A stretch of 64,000 nt of DNA from Thermoplasmata archaeon (GCA_021792255.1 JAJYUZ010000003.1:9405-73404); one strand, 5' to 3'. Shown: positions 27,778-38,393, numbered from the stretch's first letter. Made by a program: numbers and translations. Notes: a model not told the origin generated them from the sequence alone.

Positions 27778-28284
27778 ATGGCAAACGAATCCACTGGTCA
27801 AATATCTGGAATTATTCTCTATACTGCAATCTCACCGGAGTACACCATCAGATCCATAGTTTTCACCGACAAAGAAGTCATTCAAATACCCCTCTCAAAG
27901 ATGAGTGAGCTAGCTGGGAGACTGAGCGGCCTCCCCGTCGTCGCTTCGTGGTTACTGGAAGCGTCCAATCCTGCAATCTTTTCTGGGGTGGGCGGACTCG
28001 TTGGACTCAAAATGTGGTCAAATCTTAAGAAGAAAGTTTCAGACCTTCCTCCTGTAAAGATCGAAAAGGGGCCACTTCCTCCCGAGTTCCTAGAAGAGGC
28101 AAAGTCTCGATTGTCATATGAGGAAATCAAAGAGGTGAAGATTTCTAAGATAGCGATGTCTGGCGATTATTTGCTGCACCTTAGAGCAGGATACTGGCAT
28201 TCACAAAAGATCGTATTCGAAGAGCGAGCCTTGCAGGAAGTAACTGCACTGGTAGGCGGAACTCCCTTGGCTGCGAAAATGTGA
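27778..28284 (+). CDS. hypothetical protein
   Basis: 168-aa ORF with protein-like composition. No motif recognised. Confidence 0.45.
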   Translation: MANESTGQISGIILYTAISPEYTIRSIVFTDKEVIQIPLSKMSELAGRLSGLPVVASWLLEASNPAIFSGVGGLVGLKMWSNLKKKVSDLPPVKIEKGPLPPEFLEEAKSRLSYEEIKEVKISKIAMSGDYLLHLRAGYWHSQKIVFEERALQEVTALVGGTPLAAKM

Positions 28285-28331
28285 TCTGGCGACTCAGGAA
28301 ATTTATTTAGCCAACACAACATGCACCCTCA

Positions 28332-29102
28332 ATGACAATCTGTCTAATTGGGGGCTCAGTTACGGGGAAATTGCTCGAAGATGCTGAGATAGTTAAAATT
28401 TCGACCCCCTATGGAGAAATGTCGTCTCCCTTGGAACTTGGTAAGATCGCAGGGAAGGACGTGGTAGTGCTGTACAGACACGGAAAGGAACACAAGATAC
28501 CGCCGCACAAGATAAACTTCAGGGCGAACATTTTTGGATTGAAGGAAATGGGCGTAGATAGAGTGATAGGCGTTTCAGCAGTTGGGTCCCTTCAAAAGGA
28601 CATTGAACCCGGCGCAATAGCGCTCCCGGACCAGTTCTTCGATTATACCAAGGGTAGAACCTACACCTTTTATGATGGCCCACAAGTGGTTCACATGTCA
28701 ATGGCCGATCCATTCTGCACGGAACTCCTGGAAGTTTTCCACAGGAGCCTCATCGATCTCAGGATCAAATCAAAGAGAGGGGGGACTTATGTGTGTATAG
28801 AGGGACCGAGGTTCTCCACAAGGGCCGAGAGCAAGTTTTTCAGAGGGGTAGGAGACATAATAGGAATGACCCTGGTTCCAGAAATAAATTTGGCCAGGGA
28901 AAAAGATATGTGCTACCTGACGCTTGCTACGGTAACCGATTATGACGTATGGGCAGATGTACCAGTAAATTCAAAGGAAGTGATAAGAGTAATGAAAGAA
29001 AATGAAGAGAATATAAAGAATGTTTTAACCAATGCTATTCCCAGGATACCAGACAGACACGCATGCAGTTGCGGTCTTCAACTTAAGGAGGCCGGACTTT
29101 GA
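28332..29102 (+). CDS. mtnP: S-methyl-5'-thioadenosine phosphorylase (PNP family)
   Basis: VVVLYRHGKEHKIPPHKINFRANIFGLKEMGV...VGSL...GMTLVPEINLAREKDMCY are typical MTAP motifs. Confidence 0.8.
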   Translation: MTICLIGGSVTGKLLEDAEIVKISTPYGEMSSPLELGKIAGKDVVVLYRHGKEHKIPPHKINFRANIFGLKEMGVDRVIGVSAVGSLQKDIEPGAIALPDQFFDYTKGRTYTFYDGPQVVHMSMADPFCTELLEVFHRSLIDLRIKSKRGGTYVCIEGPRFSTRAESKFFRGVGDIIGMTLVPEINLAREKDMCYLTLATVTDYDVWADVPVNSKEVIRVMKENEENIKNVLTNAIPRIPDRHACSCGLQLKEAGL

Positions 29103-30319
29103 AAGCAAAGTTTCTTGGAGGAGGAGATGAGGTCGGAAGACTAGGGATGGTTCTTTCGACGGAGAGGTACAAGTTCCTTTTCGATTATGGTATGAATCCG
29201 ACTAAACCTCCCACTTTTCCAATGTTTGCACCGAAGGTCGATGGAGTATTTGTAACACATTCGCACCTCGACCACGTTGGTATGCTTCCGTGGCTAAACA
29301 AAAATGGAGGAGCAAACGTTTACGCAACTCCCCCAACTCTTTCGGTGATACCGATTCTGCTATACGATACTGTGAAGATCGCGCGTCTGGAGGGAGGGAG
29401 CCTGCCATACGAAGAATTTGACGTTGATAGTATCATAGAGGCCTTTACTCCACTGAACTACGGCGAGACAATGGAATTCAAGGACCAGGACATAACTCCT
29501 CATTCCACAGGCCACCTGATCGGCAGCAGCATGTACCTGGTGCAGAACGACAGCAAGATCGTTTTCACAGGTGACATACAGAGCATTGATACCCACCTAA
29601 TGTTCGGTGTCAAGCCTATCGATACTGACATTCTAGTCGTAGAGAGCACTTACGCAGGCAAGGAGCACCCGCCACGACCAAACGTTGAGGAGAATTTTCT
29701 GTCTTCGATTCAGAAGGTGGTGGAGAACGACGGAGTGGCAATAGTACCTGCATTCGCCACAGGAAGAGCTCAGGAATTACTCATGGTGCTGGAAAATACT
29801 GACTATGAAATATGGATGGACGGTATGGCAAGAACAGTCTGTAACGTTCTATTGAGCTTCCCGAAATACATAAAGAATTACCAGAGGTACAAGAAGATGC
29901 TGAGGAGAGTGAGGATGGTGAGAAGCAAGTCCGATCGTGAGAAGGCACTGGGAGGGGATGTGATCATTACCACCAGCGGAATGTTAGATGGAGGACCCGT
30001 GCTCAATTACATTTCACAACTTAACGATCCGAAGAATGGACTATTCCTTACCGGGTACCAGGTGGAGGACACGAATGGAAGAATGCTTCTGGAAACTGGT
30101 AGCATAGACCTAGCAGGAGTGGCTACCAAGGTCAATATGGATGTAAAGTTCTTCGATTTCTCGGCTCATTCTGGACACAAGGAACTTCTAGAATTCATTG
30201 AAGGTTGCAGACCAGACAAAGTTGTTCTTATGCACGGAGAGAAGAGGGAGGAGCTGTCTAAGAACCTGACTTCTTCCAAAGTCATCCTGCCGAAGAACGG
30301 AGAAGAGTTTGAACTCTGA
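29099..30319 (+). CDS. metallo-beta-lactamase / beta-CASP family ribonuclease (aCPSF2-like)
   Basis: The HxHxDH motif (VTHSHLDHVG), later His/Asp motifs, and C-terminal FSAHSGHKEL...VLMHGE. 4-nt overlap with mtnP. Confidence 0.7.
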   Translation: MKAKFLGGGDEVGRLGMVLSTERYKFLFDYGMNPTKPPTFPMFAPKVDGVFVTHSHLDHVGMLPWLNKNGGANVYATPPTLSVIPILLYDTVKIARLEGGSLPYEEFDVDSIIEAFTPLNYGETMEFKDQDITPHSTGHLIGSSMYLVQNDSKIVFTGDIQSIDTHLMFGVKPIDTDILVVESTYAGKEHPPRPNVEENFLSSIQKVVENDGVAIVPAFATGRAQELLMVLENTDYEIWMDGMARTVCNVLLSFPKYIKNYQRYKKMLRRVRMVRSKSDREKALGGDVIITTSGMLDGGPVLNYISQLNDPKNGLFLTGYQVEDTNGRMLLETGSIDLAGVATKVNMDVKFFDFSAHSGHKELLEFIEGCRPDKVVLMHGEKREELSKNLTSSKVILPKNGEEFEL

Positions 30320-30324
30320 AAAAC

Positions 30325-31257
30325 ATGCTAAGGGAGAAAGTACTAGACGTACTGTTCAGTGAAGAAATTACACAGAAAGAACTGACGTCCAGACTCAAGT
30401 CTTCCCGGTCAAGGATTTCTGAGGTTTTGAAACAACTCGAAAGAGAGAAACTCATCACAAGAAAGAGGGTAAGCGAGAGAACCGTTCTTGTTTCCCTGAA
30501 CCATTCCAGGACACTGAGAGTGGGAGTCGTGAGGAGTTCGGAATACGCTCACGTAGTTTCTGCCCTGTACGGGCTGAAAGAAAAAGTGCCGTTCAGAATC
30601 AAGGTGTACGAAAACAGTCTCGAGGCGCTCAGAGACCTTGTGACTGGCTACCAGGACATCGTCGCGAGTCCAATGATATCAGGGTACTTCTTCCATCTGA
30701 TAGACAACAACATAAAACCAATCGCAGGGGTTGCAATGGGTGGGGCTGGTCTGATAAAGAGAAGTGAGGGAGGAAAAATTGGTACAACTCCACTTTCTAG
30801 AATGGACAAAGATTCGAGAGAATATAAGAATTACGAACGGACCTACTACAGGAGCATTGACGACATACTTCAAGCGTACAGGAAGAGAGAGATAGATGCC
30901 GCAGAAATATGGGAACCTTTTCTATCGATCAACAAGGGAATAGGGAAGAGTCCCAGTGGAATGTGCTGCTGTCTATTCACTCAGGTGAACGACAGAAAAT
31001 CAATTGAACTGTTCTTAGAGAATTACCTGGAGAGTGTTGAAACAGGACTTCCTCGAGCCAAGAGGAAGCGGATTGCAGAAATATTGAGTGGCCTAATTGG
31101 CGTAAAGGAGAAAGTCATAGACGCGAGCTTTGACTCGTACATTTTCACTGCTTCGATCAGCAGGATCGACGTAGAAAATCAAATTGCGAGTTTCGGTTTA
31201 CCACAGGTGAAAGGGGTGGAAAACTTTCTTGAAAGATGTTCCAAAGTTTCCTTATGA
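30325..31257 (+). CDS. wHTH transcriptional regulator with a periplasmic-binding-protein-like ligand domain
   Basis: N-terminal wHTH ITQKELTSRLKSSRSRISEVLKQLEREKLITRKRV. The remainder resembles a type-2 PBP/NMT1-like fold, judged by eye. Confidence 0.55.
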   Translation: MLREKVLDVLFSEEITQKELTSRLKSSRSRISEVLKQLEREKLITRKRVSERTVLVSLNHSRTLRVGVVRSSEYAHVVSALYGLKEKVPFRIKVYENSLEALRDLVTGYQDIVASPMISGYFFHLIDNNIKPIAGVAMGGAGLIKRSEGGKIGTTPLSRMDKDSREYKNYERTYYRSIDDILQAYRKREIDAAEIWEPFLSINKGIGKSPSGMCCCLFTQVNDRKSIELFLENYLESVETGLPRAKRKRIAEILSGLIGVKEKVIDASFDSYIFTASISRIDVENQIASFGLPQVKGVENFLERCSKVSL

Positions 31258-33031
31258 ATTATACCCGTGGCAGGAGATGATCTTTCAGAGGCTAGAACAG
31301 AGTGAAAGGAATTCTGTTATTCTCGAAAGTCCGACGGGATCTGGAAAGACTATCGCTATTCTCTATCACGTGATATCCAAATATCCGGATAGAAGGGTCG
31401 TCTTCCTTACCAGAACCAACTCTCAGGGAGAGAACTTGCTGAGAGAGGCTAGAAAACTCGGAATCAACAGGGTGATGACTTTTTTTGGGCGGGGAGAGAT
31501 GTGTCTCTACAAGAAGCAGGCATCCGAGATGTCACAGGGAACCCCGGAAGAACAGAGTAACTACTGCAGGTCGCTAGTCGAGAAGAACAAGAACGGAAAG
31601 GGGGGCTGCCCTTATGGAACCAATTATTATTCGGGATGGAAAAAGGGAATCATGTCGCAGGAGGACTTCCTCGAGCTAGGAAATGAAGACTACTGCCCCT
31701 ATTTCGCGCAAAAGAGACTAGCGACAGAATCCAACATCTTGGCTACTTCTTATTCATTCTTTCTTAACCCATTCATAAGAGAAAGATTCCTTGGGTGGAT
31801 GGAGGCAGAACTGAAAGACATAATTCTGATAGCAGATGAGGCACACAACATACCCGACCTTACGAGAAATCTCTTGTCGATGAGACTGACACACAACAGC
31901 CTTGCAAGCTGTTCAAAGGAAATAGATCAGTATGGCGATATTTTACTCAACAAAGTCAATGCTTCCTTCATAATCGATTCGGTGAGCGAATCCCTGACTG
32001 CGCTCCTGAAGGAAGGGGACAGAATTATAACTACCCAGGATGTGACGGAAGCGTTCATGGAATCCTTCCAGATGAATTCTCTGGACATCAAGAACCTCCT
32101 TTCTCAGCTTGCGAATTTTGGCCTCTCAATCAGAGAATCAAAAAGCATCGAAGGAAGACTGCCGAGGAGTTACATTTACAATGTATCAGTGCTGGCTTCC
32201 AGACTCATGGAAGATGATGAAAGCTACAGGGTGATTATTTCCCACAATGATGAACCCACTGGGATAAGTCTGATGAACCTCGAAACGTACGAAATTCTTC
32301 GCTTTTTCGGAAATACATATCGATCGTTCTTCATGTCCGGAACCGTATCTCCGTTCAATAAGTTCATCGATGAAACGGGGATCCAGAATCCTGAGAAAAT
32401 AATCGTCAAGGCAGATTACTTGGTGAAAAACCTGAAGGTCTTGTTCGTCGAAGATGTGACCTCGAAATTTACTCTCAAGGACGAATCGAGGGAAAGGATG
32501 AACTCTTACATTAGAGAAATAGTTGAAAAGGTCAAGAGGAACAAGATCATTTTTTGTACCTCGTACGAACAGCTTTCATCCTTTTTGGAGCTTGAAATGA
32601 ATGGAAGAATCTACTTCGAAAGGAAGGGGATGAGTAACGAAGAATTTCTCTCGCTACTGGCAAACTACAAGGAAAAAGGAGGAAATCTTTTCGCAGTGAT
32701 CAACGGGCGCATTTCCGAAGGAATAGATTTGCCAGGCAAGCTGGTCGAGGTAGCCGTCCTAGCAGGCATACCCTATCCTCCACCCTCACCGGAAACTTCT
32801 GCAATGGAACTCTTCTATGAAATGAAGTTCAGGAGGGGCTGGGAGTACGCCTACGATGCTGTAGCATCGACGAGGATGAGGCAGGCTATTGGAAGACTAA
32901 TAAGGAGCCCTGAAGAAAGAGGTGTAGCAGTAATCCTCGACTCCAGAGCCAGAAAATTCAGGGCAGATCTACCCAATCTCTACCTGAGTAAGGATGTCAT
33001 AGCAGATACGAACGAGTTTCTGGCTCAGTAG
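31229..33031 (+). CDS. xpd: XPD/Rad3-family Fe-S DNA helicase
   Basis: Walker A SPTGSGKT and DEAHN box. Four-Cys Fe-S domain (EMCLY...NYCRS...GGCPYG...DYCPYF). C-terminal helicase motifs QAIGRLIRS. The TTG start overlaps the upstream gene. Confidence 0.8.
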   Translation: MKDVPKFPYELYPWQEMIFQRLEQSERNSVILESPTGSGKTIAILYHVISKYPDRRVVFLTRTNSQGENLLREARKLGINRVMTFFGRGEMCLYKKQASEMSQGTPEEQSNYCRSLVEKNKNGKGGCPYGTNYYSGWKKGIMSQEDFLELGNEDYCPYFAQKRLATESNILATSYSFFLNPFIRERFLGWMEAELKDIILIADEAHNIPDLTRNLLSMRLTHNSLASCSKEIDQYGDILLNKVNASFIIDSVSESLTALLKEGDRIITTQDVTEAFMESFQMNSLDIKNLLSQLANFGLSIRESKSIEGRLPRSYIYNVSVLASRLMEDDESYRVIISHNDEPTGISLMNLETYEILRFFGNTYRSFFMSGTVSPFNKFIDETGIQNPEKIIVKADYLVKNLKVLFVEDVTSKFTLKDESRERMNSYIREIVEKVKRNKIIFCTSYEQLSSFLELEMNGRIYFERKGMSNEEFLSLLANYKEKGGNLFAVINGRISEGIDLPGKLVEVAVLAGIPYPPPSPETSAMELFYEMKFRRGWEYAYDAVASTRMRQAIGRLIRSPEERGVAVILDSRARKFRADLPNLYLSKDVIADTNEFLAQ

Positions 33032-33570
33032 GGGACGCTCTTCACCTTGAGCTTGTAACCAAGAATGTTGACCGCTCTATGAATTAGCGGAGTCACGATC
33101 AGTATTGCTAGAATCCCTTCCCACGGGAAGAGCACCATAGCACTCGGCCAAAATAAAAGGTAAAAAAACGCAAGCGCAAAAAGTGCAAACGGATACTGGT
33201 CAAGGAATAGGGACTCGGTGCCGGGAGCCCTTCCGATCCTTCTCTTTATGAAGGATCCTATCAAATCGCCCAGCATAGAGAAGAGGGAAAGCGCTGTTAC
33301 CATGTAAAGTATCGTGGCGAACTGATTTGAAAAAGTGAGTTCTCTGATGCCCAGGAATAAGAAGAGATAGTTCAGTAACAGTCCAATCAGGGATCCTGCC
33401 AGAATGCCACCCAGAAAACCCGACCAGGTCTTGTGATCTCCGAATATTCTCTTTCCGTTCCAGCTCCTTCCATTGTCTATAACGTAGTGCCCACCCGTTA
33501 TCACGGCGCTGGGGTTAGCTATGAACGCAGGTACAAAGAGGATGAGTGAAGAGATGAACGAAGGAATCAC
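33025..33570 (-). CDS. carS: CDP-archaeol synthase
   Basis: 181-aa polytopic protein of the DUF46/CarS type: FVPAFIANP...GDHKTWSGFLGG...GDLIGSFIKRR. Confidence 0.75.
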   Translation of the reverse strand: MIPSFISSLILFVPAFIANPSAVITGGHYVIDNGRSWNGKRIFGDHKTWSGFLGGILAGSLIGLLLNYLFLFLGIRELTFSNQFATILYMVTALSLFSMLGDLIGSFIKRRIGRAPGTESLFLDQYPFALFALAFFYLLFWPSAMVLFPWEGILAILIVTPLIHRAVNILGYKLKVKSVPY

Positions 33571-33653
33571 GTTCGGCCAGAGTTTGCCAAAATATAACTA
33601 TTTCTTAAAAAAAACCGAAGGTTTTTCTATACATGCCTACTTAGCCTGCAAGG

Positions 33654-35195
33654 ATGGAAACCTCTAGGCCCGCGTGGATATTGCTGCAGAACGCATATGG
33701 ACTGGTAGTGGGGTATGTGACGTACCTTCTAATCCTTAGAGACGCGGGGGTTTCGGCCTTCGGAATATTCTCTTTCGCCCTTTCTTTTGGAATGATTTTT
33801 TCCTTTCTTTCGGACCTTGGTATCAACACTGCGCATACCAGAATGATAGCAGCAGGTAAGGACAGAAACGAGTACAACAACGCTCTGGTCTTCATGAAAT
33901 TCCTTCTTACTCTTTTGTACGTAGGAACGATCTTCGTTTCCATTATCGTGTGGACTCTCGTCCTTCACAAAGGGTTCGACTCTCCGTACGAATATCTCAG
34001 CATACTGCTGCTTCTTCCATACTTCATTTCTTTACCCTACATCCAGGCAAACAAGGCATTCTTCACGGGCACACTGGAAGCTGTCAAGGTTGCCGTTCCT
34101 CCGATGGTCGAGTCGACCGTAAGGCTCCTGGCGGTTGTAGTGTTGATTCACTACGACATATTCCACTTTGCATCTTCTGGGACGGGACTGATAAGGATGT
34201 CGTTGCTCATTGCTGCATCTTATTCGATATCCTATGTCGCTTATGCAATCCTAGGTTTCTGGATTGGCAGACCATGGAAACTCAGATTGCCACGTTATGA
34301 GACAATCAAGGATTACATGAAATATTCCTACCCTCTTACGGGGGCCGCTGTTGCGAGCGCAGTGTCCGCAAACGTCGCACAAATCTTGATTCAGTTATTC
34401 TACGAGTCTCACGCACTCGGGGGCTATGCCAGCGATCTGAGATTTATCCTGATGATCACCGGTTTTACTACGTCCGTAACTATACTGATCCTACCACTGC
34501 TCACAACAAAATTGGGTGATCACGTAGAGTATGGAAGGACCGTGGGACTGTCCGTCAAATACCTGACCGTGTTCATAACTCCCATCACCGTGTTTGCGAT
34601 CATATTTGCGTCCCCACTACTCAATCTCTGGACATCGCAGTTGCTTCCTTTTGCCATTGCACTCCAGCTGATGCTCATAGGATCTTGGTTTACCACAATG
34701 GCGATTCCATTCTGGACTCATTTCAATGCCACTGGTAAAACTGGTATTTCAGGCGCTTTGAACGTTTTTGGTTATCTCCTCATTATCATTTTCGATTTCA
34801 TTCTCATACCCAAGTACCTTCTTGGAGTCAGACTGGTGGGTTGGGGAGTGAACGGAGCCGCAGCGGCTATGTTGATCTCTGGCGTTTCAATTCTTTTGAC
34901 TTCAATGATCGCTCTCTTGAGGAAAATTAAGATCGACCTCACATTCCAGTCGATAAAGAGCATTCTGGTTTCAATCTTGCTCGGCGCCCTATTTTATTAC
35001 TTTCTGCATAGCTATCCTAGACTACCTACACTATGGATACTGACTCTATTCGTTGCATATACCCTCGCATACCTTGGGCTGATTTTGGTGACAAAGACTC
35101 TCTCGAGGCAAGAACTAATAGACATACTAGACATGATGAACCTGAAGAAACTCTTCAAGTATGGCATTCAAGAGTTGAAACACAGATCTCAATAG
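33654..35195 (+). CDS. MOP-superfamily (Wzx-like) oligo/polysaccharide flippase
   Basis: 513 aa with about 12-14 TM helices. N-terminal pattern LLQNAYGLVVGYVTYLLILRDAGVSAFGIFSFALS is typical of polysaccharide biosynthesis/flippase proteins. Confidence 0.7.
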   Translation: METSRPAWILLQNAYGLVVGYVTYLLILRDAGVSAFGIFSFALSFGMIFSFLSDLGINTAHTRMIAAGKDRNEYNNALVFMKFLLTLLYVGTIFVSIIVWTLVLHKGFDSPYEYLSILLLLPYFISLPYIQANKAFFTGTLEAVKVAVPPMVESTVRLLAVVVLIHYDIFHFASSGTGLIRMSLLIAASYSISYVAYAILGFWIGRPWKLRLPRYETIKDYMKYSYPLTGAAVASAVSANVAQILIQLFYESHALGGYASDLRFILMITGFTTSVTILILPLLTTKLGDHVEYGRTVGLSVKYLTVFITPITVFAIIFASPLLNLWTSQLLPFAIALQLMLIGSWFTTMAIPFWTHFNATGKTGISGALNVFGYLLIIIFDFILIPKYLLGVRLVGWGVNGAAAAMLISGVSILLTSMIALLRKIKIDLTFQSIKSILVSILLGALFYYFLHSYPRLPTLWILTLFVAYTLAYLGLILVTKTLSRQELIDILDMMNLKKLFKYGIQELKHRSQ

Positions 35196-35225
35196 TGTTT
35201 TATCTTTCAATTTCATCATAAAACT

Positions 35226-35624
35226 GTGCCTGTTGAAACCATCGAACACACGGCTGATGTCCGGCTCAGAGCGTGGGGAAAATCATTTCAGGGAACACTC
35301 CTCGAACTGTCAAATCACATGCTGAAGCTGATTTACGGCAAGGAAATACTACCTGACGCTCTATTGAGTTCCGAAATCGAATACGACTCTGATGAGAGCT
35401 GTGTTGCTAAATTGCTTAACGACCTCATTTACAGATCTGAATCTTCAAGGTTGGCCATTAAGGTCAGGAAAATCACCCTCTGCAAAGGAATGGTGAGATG
35501 GGATGGAGTGGGAGAAGGGATTGACCTGAGGGAGAGGGGGTCTATGCTGGTAAAGGCAGCCACCTATGATAGAATTATTGTGTCTAAAGACCCCGCCCTT
35601 ATCGAAGTGACGCTTGATATTTAG
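35226..35624 (+). CDS. archease
   Basis: N-terminal IEHTADVRLRAWG and C-terminal KAATYDRIIV motifs. 132 aa. GTG start. Confidence 0.8.
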   Translation: MPVETIEHTADVRLRAWGKSFQGTLLELSNHMLKLIYGKEILPDALLSSEIEYDSDESCVAKLLNDLIYRSESSRLAIKVRKITLCKGMVRWDGVGEGIDLRERGSMLVKAATYDRIIVSKDPALIEVTLDI

Positions 35625-35674
35625 GTTAAAACCCGACCCAGAATAACTAAAATAAGAAGAATGTATGACTTGAC

Positions 35675-36016
35675 ATGGCCAAAGATGATAATTTCATCTT
35701 CGAAGATTCTAAGAAACTGTTGATATCGGATGACATAATTGTCCAAGCTATTCAGGAACTGTACAAAGATGAAATAAAGGAAAGGATAAGAGAGAAACTT
35801 AAGGCCAATCCAAGAATGGAAGAAGAACTGAAAGAAGCCATCAAGGATTACTCGAGAGGAAAACTGCTCGAGGCAGGAGCCCAAGGTAAGCTGCTCAAAG
35901 TGGTCGCTGAACTTGGGCTGATCTCGATGCCGGAATCGTTCAGGGATGAGTTAGTGAAGACAATATTGAAGGCAATCGGACCGGAGATCGACACACTTCT
36001 CAAAAACACTCTTTAG
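35675..36016 (+). CDS. hypothetical protein (helical, charged)
   Basis: 113-aa ORF whose stop abuts the next start (TAGATG at 36014..36019). No motif recognised. Confidence 0.45.
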   Translation: MAKDDNFIFEDSKKLLISDDIIVQAIQELYKDEIKERIREKLKANPRMEEELKEAIKDYSRGKLLEAGAQGKLLKVVAELGLISMPESFRDELVKTILKAIGPEIDTLLKNTL

Positions 36017-37081
36017 ATGAAGCTTACCATAAACAAAGTTCTCATTCTCGTCTTAGGTTCGGCCTATCTGATTATAGTACTTTTAAGGAGAAGCATCTAC
36101 TCCGCAGGTTTGGTTGACTGGAATACTATTGCCATACTATCCTCGCTGATCGTGGTAAACACCGGACTAATGTATTCCGGCGGTCTGAACTACGTAGCTT
36201 ACAAGATTATGAGGGTGACCAATGGGAGAAGAAAGCTGATAGTCGTATCGGTTCTCCTGACGGCATTTATGGCAATGTTCCTTACAAACGACGTTTCTCT
36301 GCTCGTCCTCATTCCTCTGACTATCGCCATCGGAAAATTTGCGAGAAAGAATCTCGATGACGTGATTATATTTCAGGCGATAGCCGCCAACGTGGGTTCG
36401 ATGCTCACTCCATTTGGAAACCCCCAGAACATCATAATATTTCGATTGTACTCCCTCAACTTTCTGGAGTTCGTCAAGACTATGCTTCCGATATTCCTCG
36501 TCTCCCTGGCAATATTGATCGTCTTTTCTCTGATATTCAAAAACGAAGAATTTCTGACCCAGAAAACCGAAGAAAAACCTCATGTTTACTTCTTTTGGCT
36601 CTTTACCGGACTGCTGATAATCACCATAGTTGGTATGCTTCTAAATGCAACCATATACCTCTTCGCAGGTGTGATAACTTTTTCGCTGCTTGCTCTTTTC
36701 TTTTTCGAGCCTCAGACTGTTGTAAAAGTCGATTACGTGCTGATAGCAGTCTTCATCCTAATTTTCCTCGTGATGAACTCGATCAGATCCCTCATTCCAT
36801 TACCCATTCTTGGAGGTGGGGTTCAAACTTTCTTCTCTTCCATTATCTTGTCCCAGTTCATATCCAACGTTCCAACGACCGTTCTCTTCGGGAAGGCCTC
36901 TTCTTGGGCAGTTCTCTCCTACGGTGTCAACATAGGAGGGAATGGAACGGTGGTCGCTTCTCTTGCCAACATAATCGCTCTGAGAAATTTGTCTGGCAAG
37001 AACTTCCTCAAGTTCAATAAATATTCTTTTCTGTTCCTTGTAGTGACTGCAGTTCTGGGCTATCTCATACTGTTCAGATAA
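36017..37081 (+). CDS. ArsB/NhaD-superfamily (CitMHS-like) permease
   Basis: 354 aa and polytopic. LTNDVSLLVLIPL and GSMLTPFGNPQNIII motifs are typical of this ion-transporter superfamily. Confidence 0.6.
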   Translation: MKLTINKVLILVLGSAYLIIVLLRRSIYSAGLVDWNTIAILSSLIVVNTGLMYSGGLNYVAYKIMRVTNGRRKLIVVSVLLTAFMAMFLTNDVSLLVLIPLTIAIGKFARKNLDDVIIFQAIAANVGSMLTPFGNPQNIIIFRLYSLNFLEFVKTMLPIFLVSLAILIVFSLIFKNEEFLTQKTEEKPHVYFFWLFTGLLIITIVGMLLNATIYLFAGVITFSLLALFFFEPQTVVKVDYVLIAVFILIFLVMNSIRSLIPLPILGGGVQTFFSSIILSQFISNVPTTVLFGKASSWAVLSYGVNIGGNGTVVASLANIIALRNLSGKNFLKFNKYSFLFLVVTAVLGYLILFR

Positions 37082-37109
37082 GATTAATACAAAAAGGCGA
37101 TAGCAACTC

Positions 37110-38393
37110 ATGCAAATCCTGCTTAAGGATGGAATCCTGCTAACAGAGGATCACTCTCCAAAGAAAATGGACCTGTTTATAGACGGAAATTTGATATCAC
37201 AGATTTCGGATAAAATTAGAGTCGAGGCGGAGTACGTCATTAACTGCAATAACAAAATTGTCTCTCCTGGATTTGTCAACATGCACACTCACGTTGCCAT
37301 GAGCAACATGAGGACACTATTTGATGACATGCAGTTCTCTAGATTCTTGGAAACGGGGTTCAAACTGGATTCCGTAAGAACTGACGAAGAAGTGTACTAC
37401 GGTAGCAAGCTTGGTATTGCTGAGATGCTGAGGAAGGGAACCACCACTTTTCTTGACATGTATTATAGTGAGAATATGGTGGCAAAGGCCGTCCAGGAAC
37501 TTGGTATACGTGCCTATCTCGGATGGAGCATAGTAAACAAAAATCAAACAACTCAAAAGGGAGAACCGCTAAAGAATGCAGAACAATTCATCTCAGAATT
37601 CAGGGGGAAAGACCTCATTACTCCCCTTCCTGCTCCACACGGAATTTACTCATGCGACAGGGACGATCTCATAGCTGCTAAGGAGCTAGCCGACAGGTAT
37701 GACCTTCCTTATACCATTCATTTGAGTGAAAATAGGAGAGAGGTGTATGACATCGTCAAGAAAGAGAAAAAACGACCGGTCGAATACCTGGACGGACTGG
37801 GTTTCTTGAGCAACAGACTTATTGCTTCGCACACCATATACGTAACACTAAATGAAATCAAGATCTTAGGAAAAAAAGGTGTGACTGTCGTCAACAATCC
37901 GGTAAGCAATATGAAACTCGCGAACGGCAACTTTGTGCCTGCTCTTGAGATGATACAGCACGGAGCCAATTTCACGCTAGGGACCGACTCTGCTGCGACC
38001 AGTAATTCGTTAGATATGCTAGAGAATGCAAAACTCTCATCCCTGCTCCAGAAAAATTACAGAGAAGAGGGGCAAATCTTGCCACCATCTCAGGTAATAG
38101 ATTTTATGACCAAGAATCCGTGGAAGGTTCTTGGAAAGAATTCTGGGATTCTGAAAGAGGGTGCGCTTGCGGACATTACTGTTATTGGTGAGAGCATTTC
38201 ACAGATTCCATTAAGGAAGGAAAATGCAGAAAATATCTTGATCTATTCTTCAAACGGAAACGATGTCGAACAAACCATAGTGAACGGAAAATTGCTGTAC
38301 TCACAGGGAAACTACTATGGGCTGAACATAGAAGAGCTCAGAGAGAAAAATAAGGAGATTTTCAACCACTACAGTTCACTTATGAATTCGTGA
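37110..38393 (+). CDS. mtaD: amidohydrolase, 5-methylthioadenosine/S-adenosylhomocysteine deaminase-like
   Basis: Metal ligands GFVNMHTHVAMS, IHLSEN and LGTDSAATSN. The length and layout match the MtaD/SsnA group. Confidence 0.7.
   Translation: MQILLKDGILLTEDHSPKKMDLFIDGNLISQISDKIRVEAEYVINCNNKIVSPGFVNMHTHVAMSNMRTLFDDMQFSRFLETGFKLDSVRTDEEVYYGSKLGIAEMLRKGTTTFLDMYYSENMVAKAVQELGIRAYLGWSIVNKNQTTQKGEPLKNAEQFISEFRGKDLITPLPAPHGIYSCDRDDLIAAKELADRYDLPYTIHLSENRREVYDIVKKEKKRPVEYLDGLGFLSNRLIASHTIYVTLNEIKILGKKGVTVVNNPVSNMKLANGNFVPALEMIQHGANFTLGTDSAATSNSLDMLENAKLSSLLQKNYREEGQILPPSQVIDFMTKNPWKVLGKNSGILKEGALADITVIGESISQIPLRKENAENILIYSSNGNDVEQTIVNGKLLYSQGNYYGLNIEELREKNKEIFNHYSSLMNS

Noticed and set aside
33641-33968. 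100-aa and 79-aa minus-strand ORFs overlapping the flippase 5' end
   Set aside because: They overlap a well-supported MOP-family membrane gene on the other strand, and no motif supports them.
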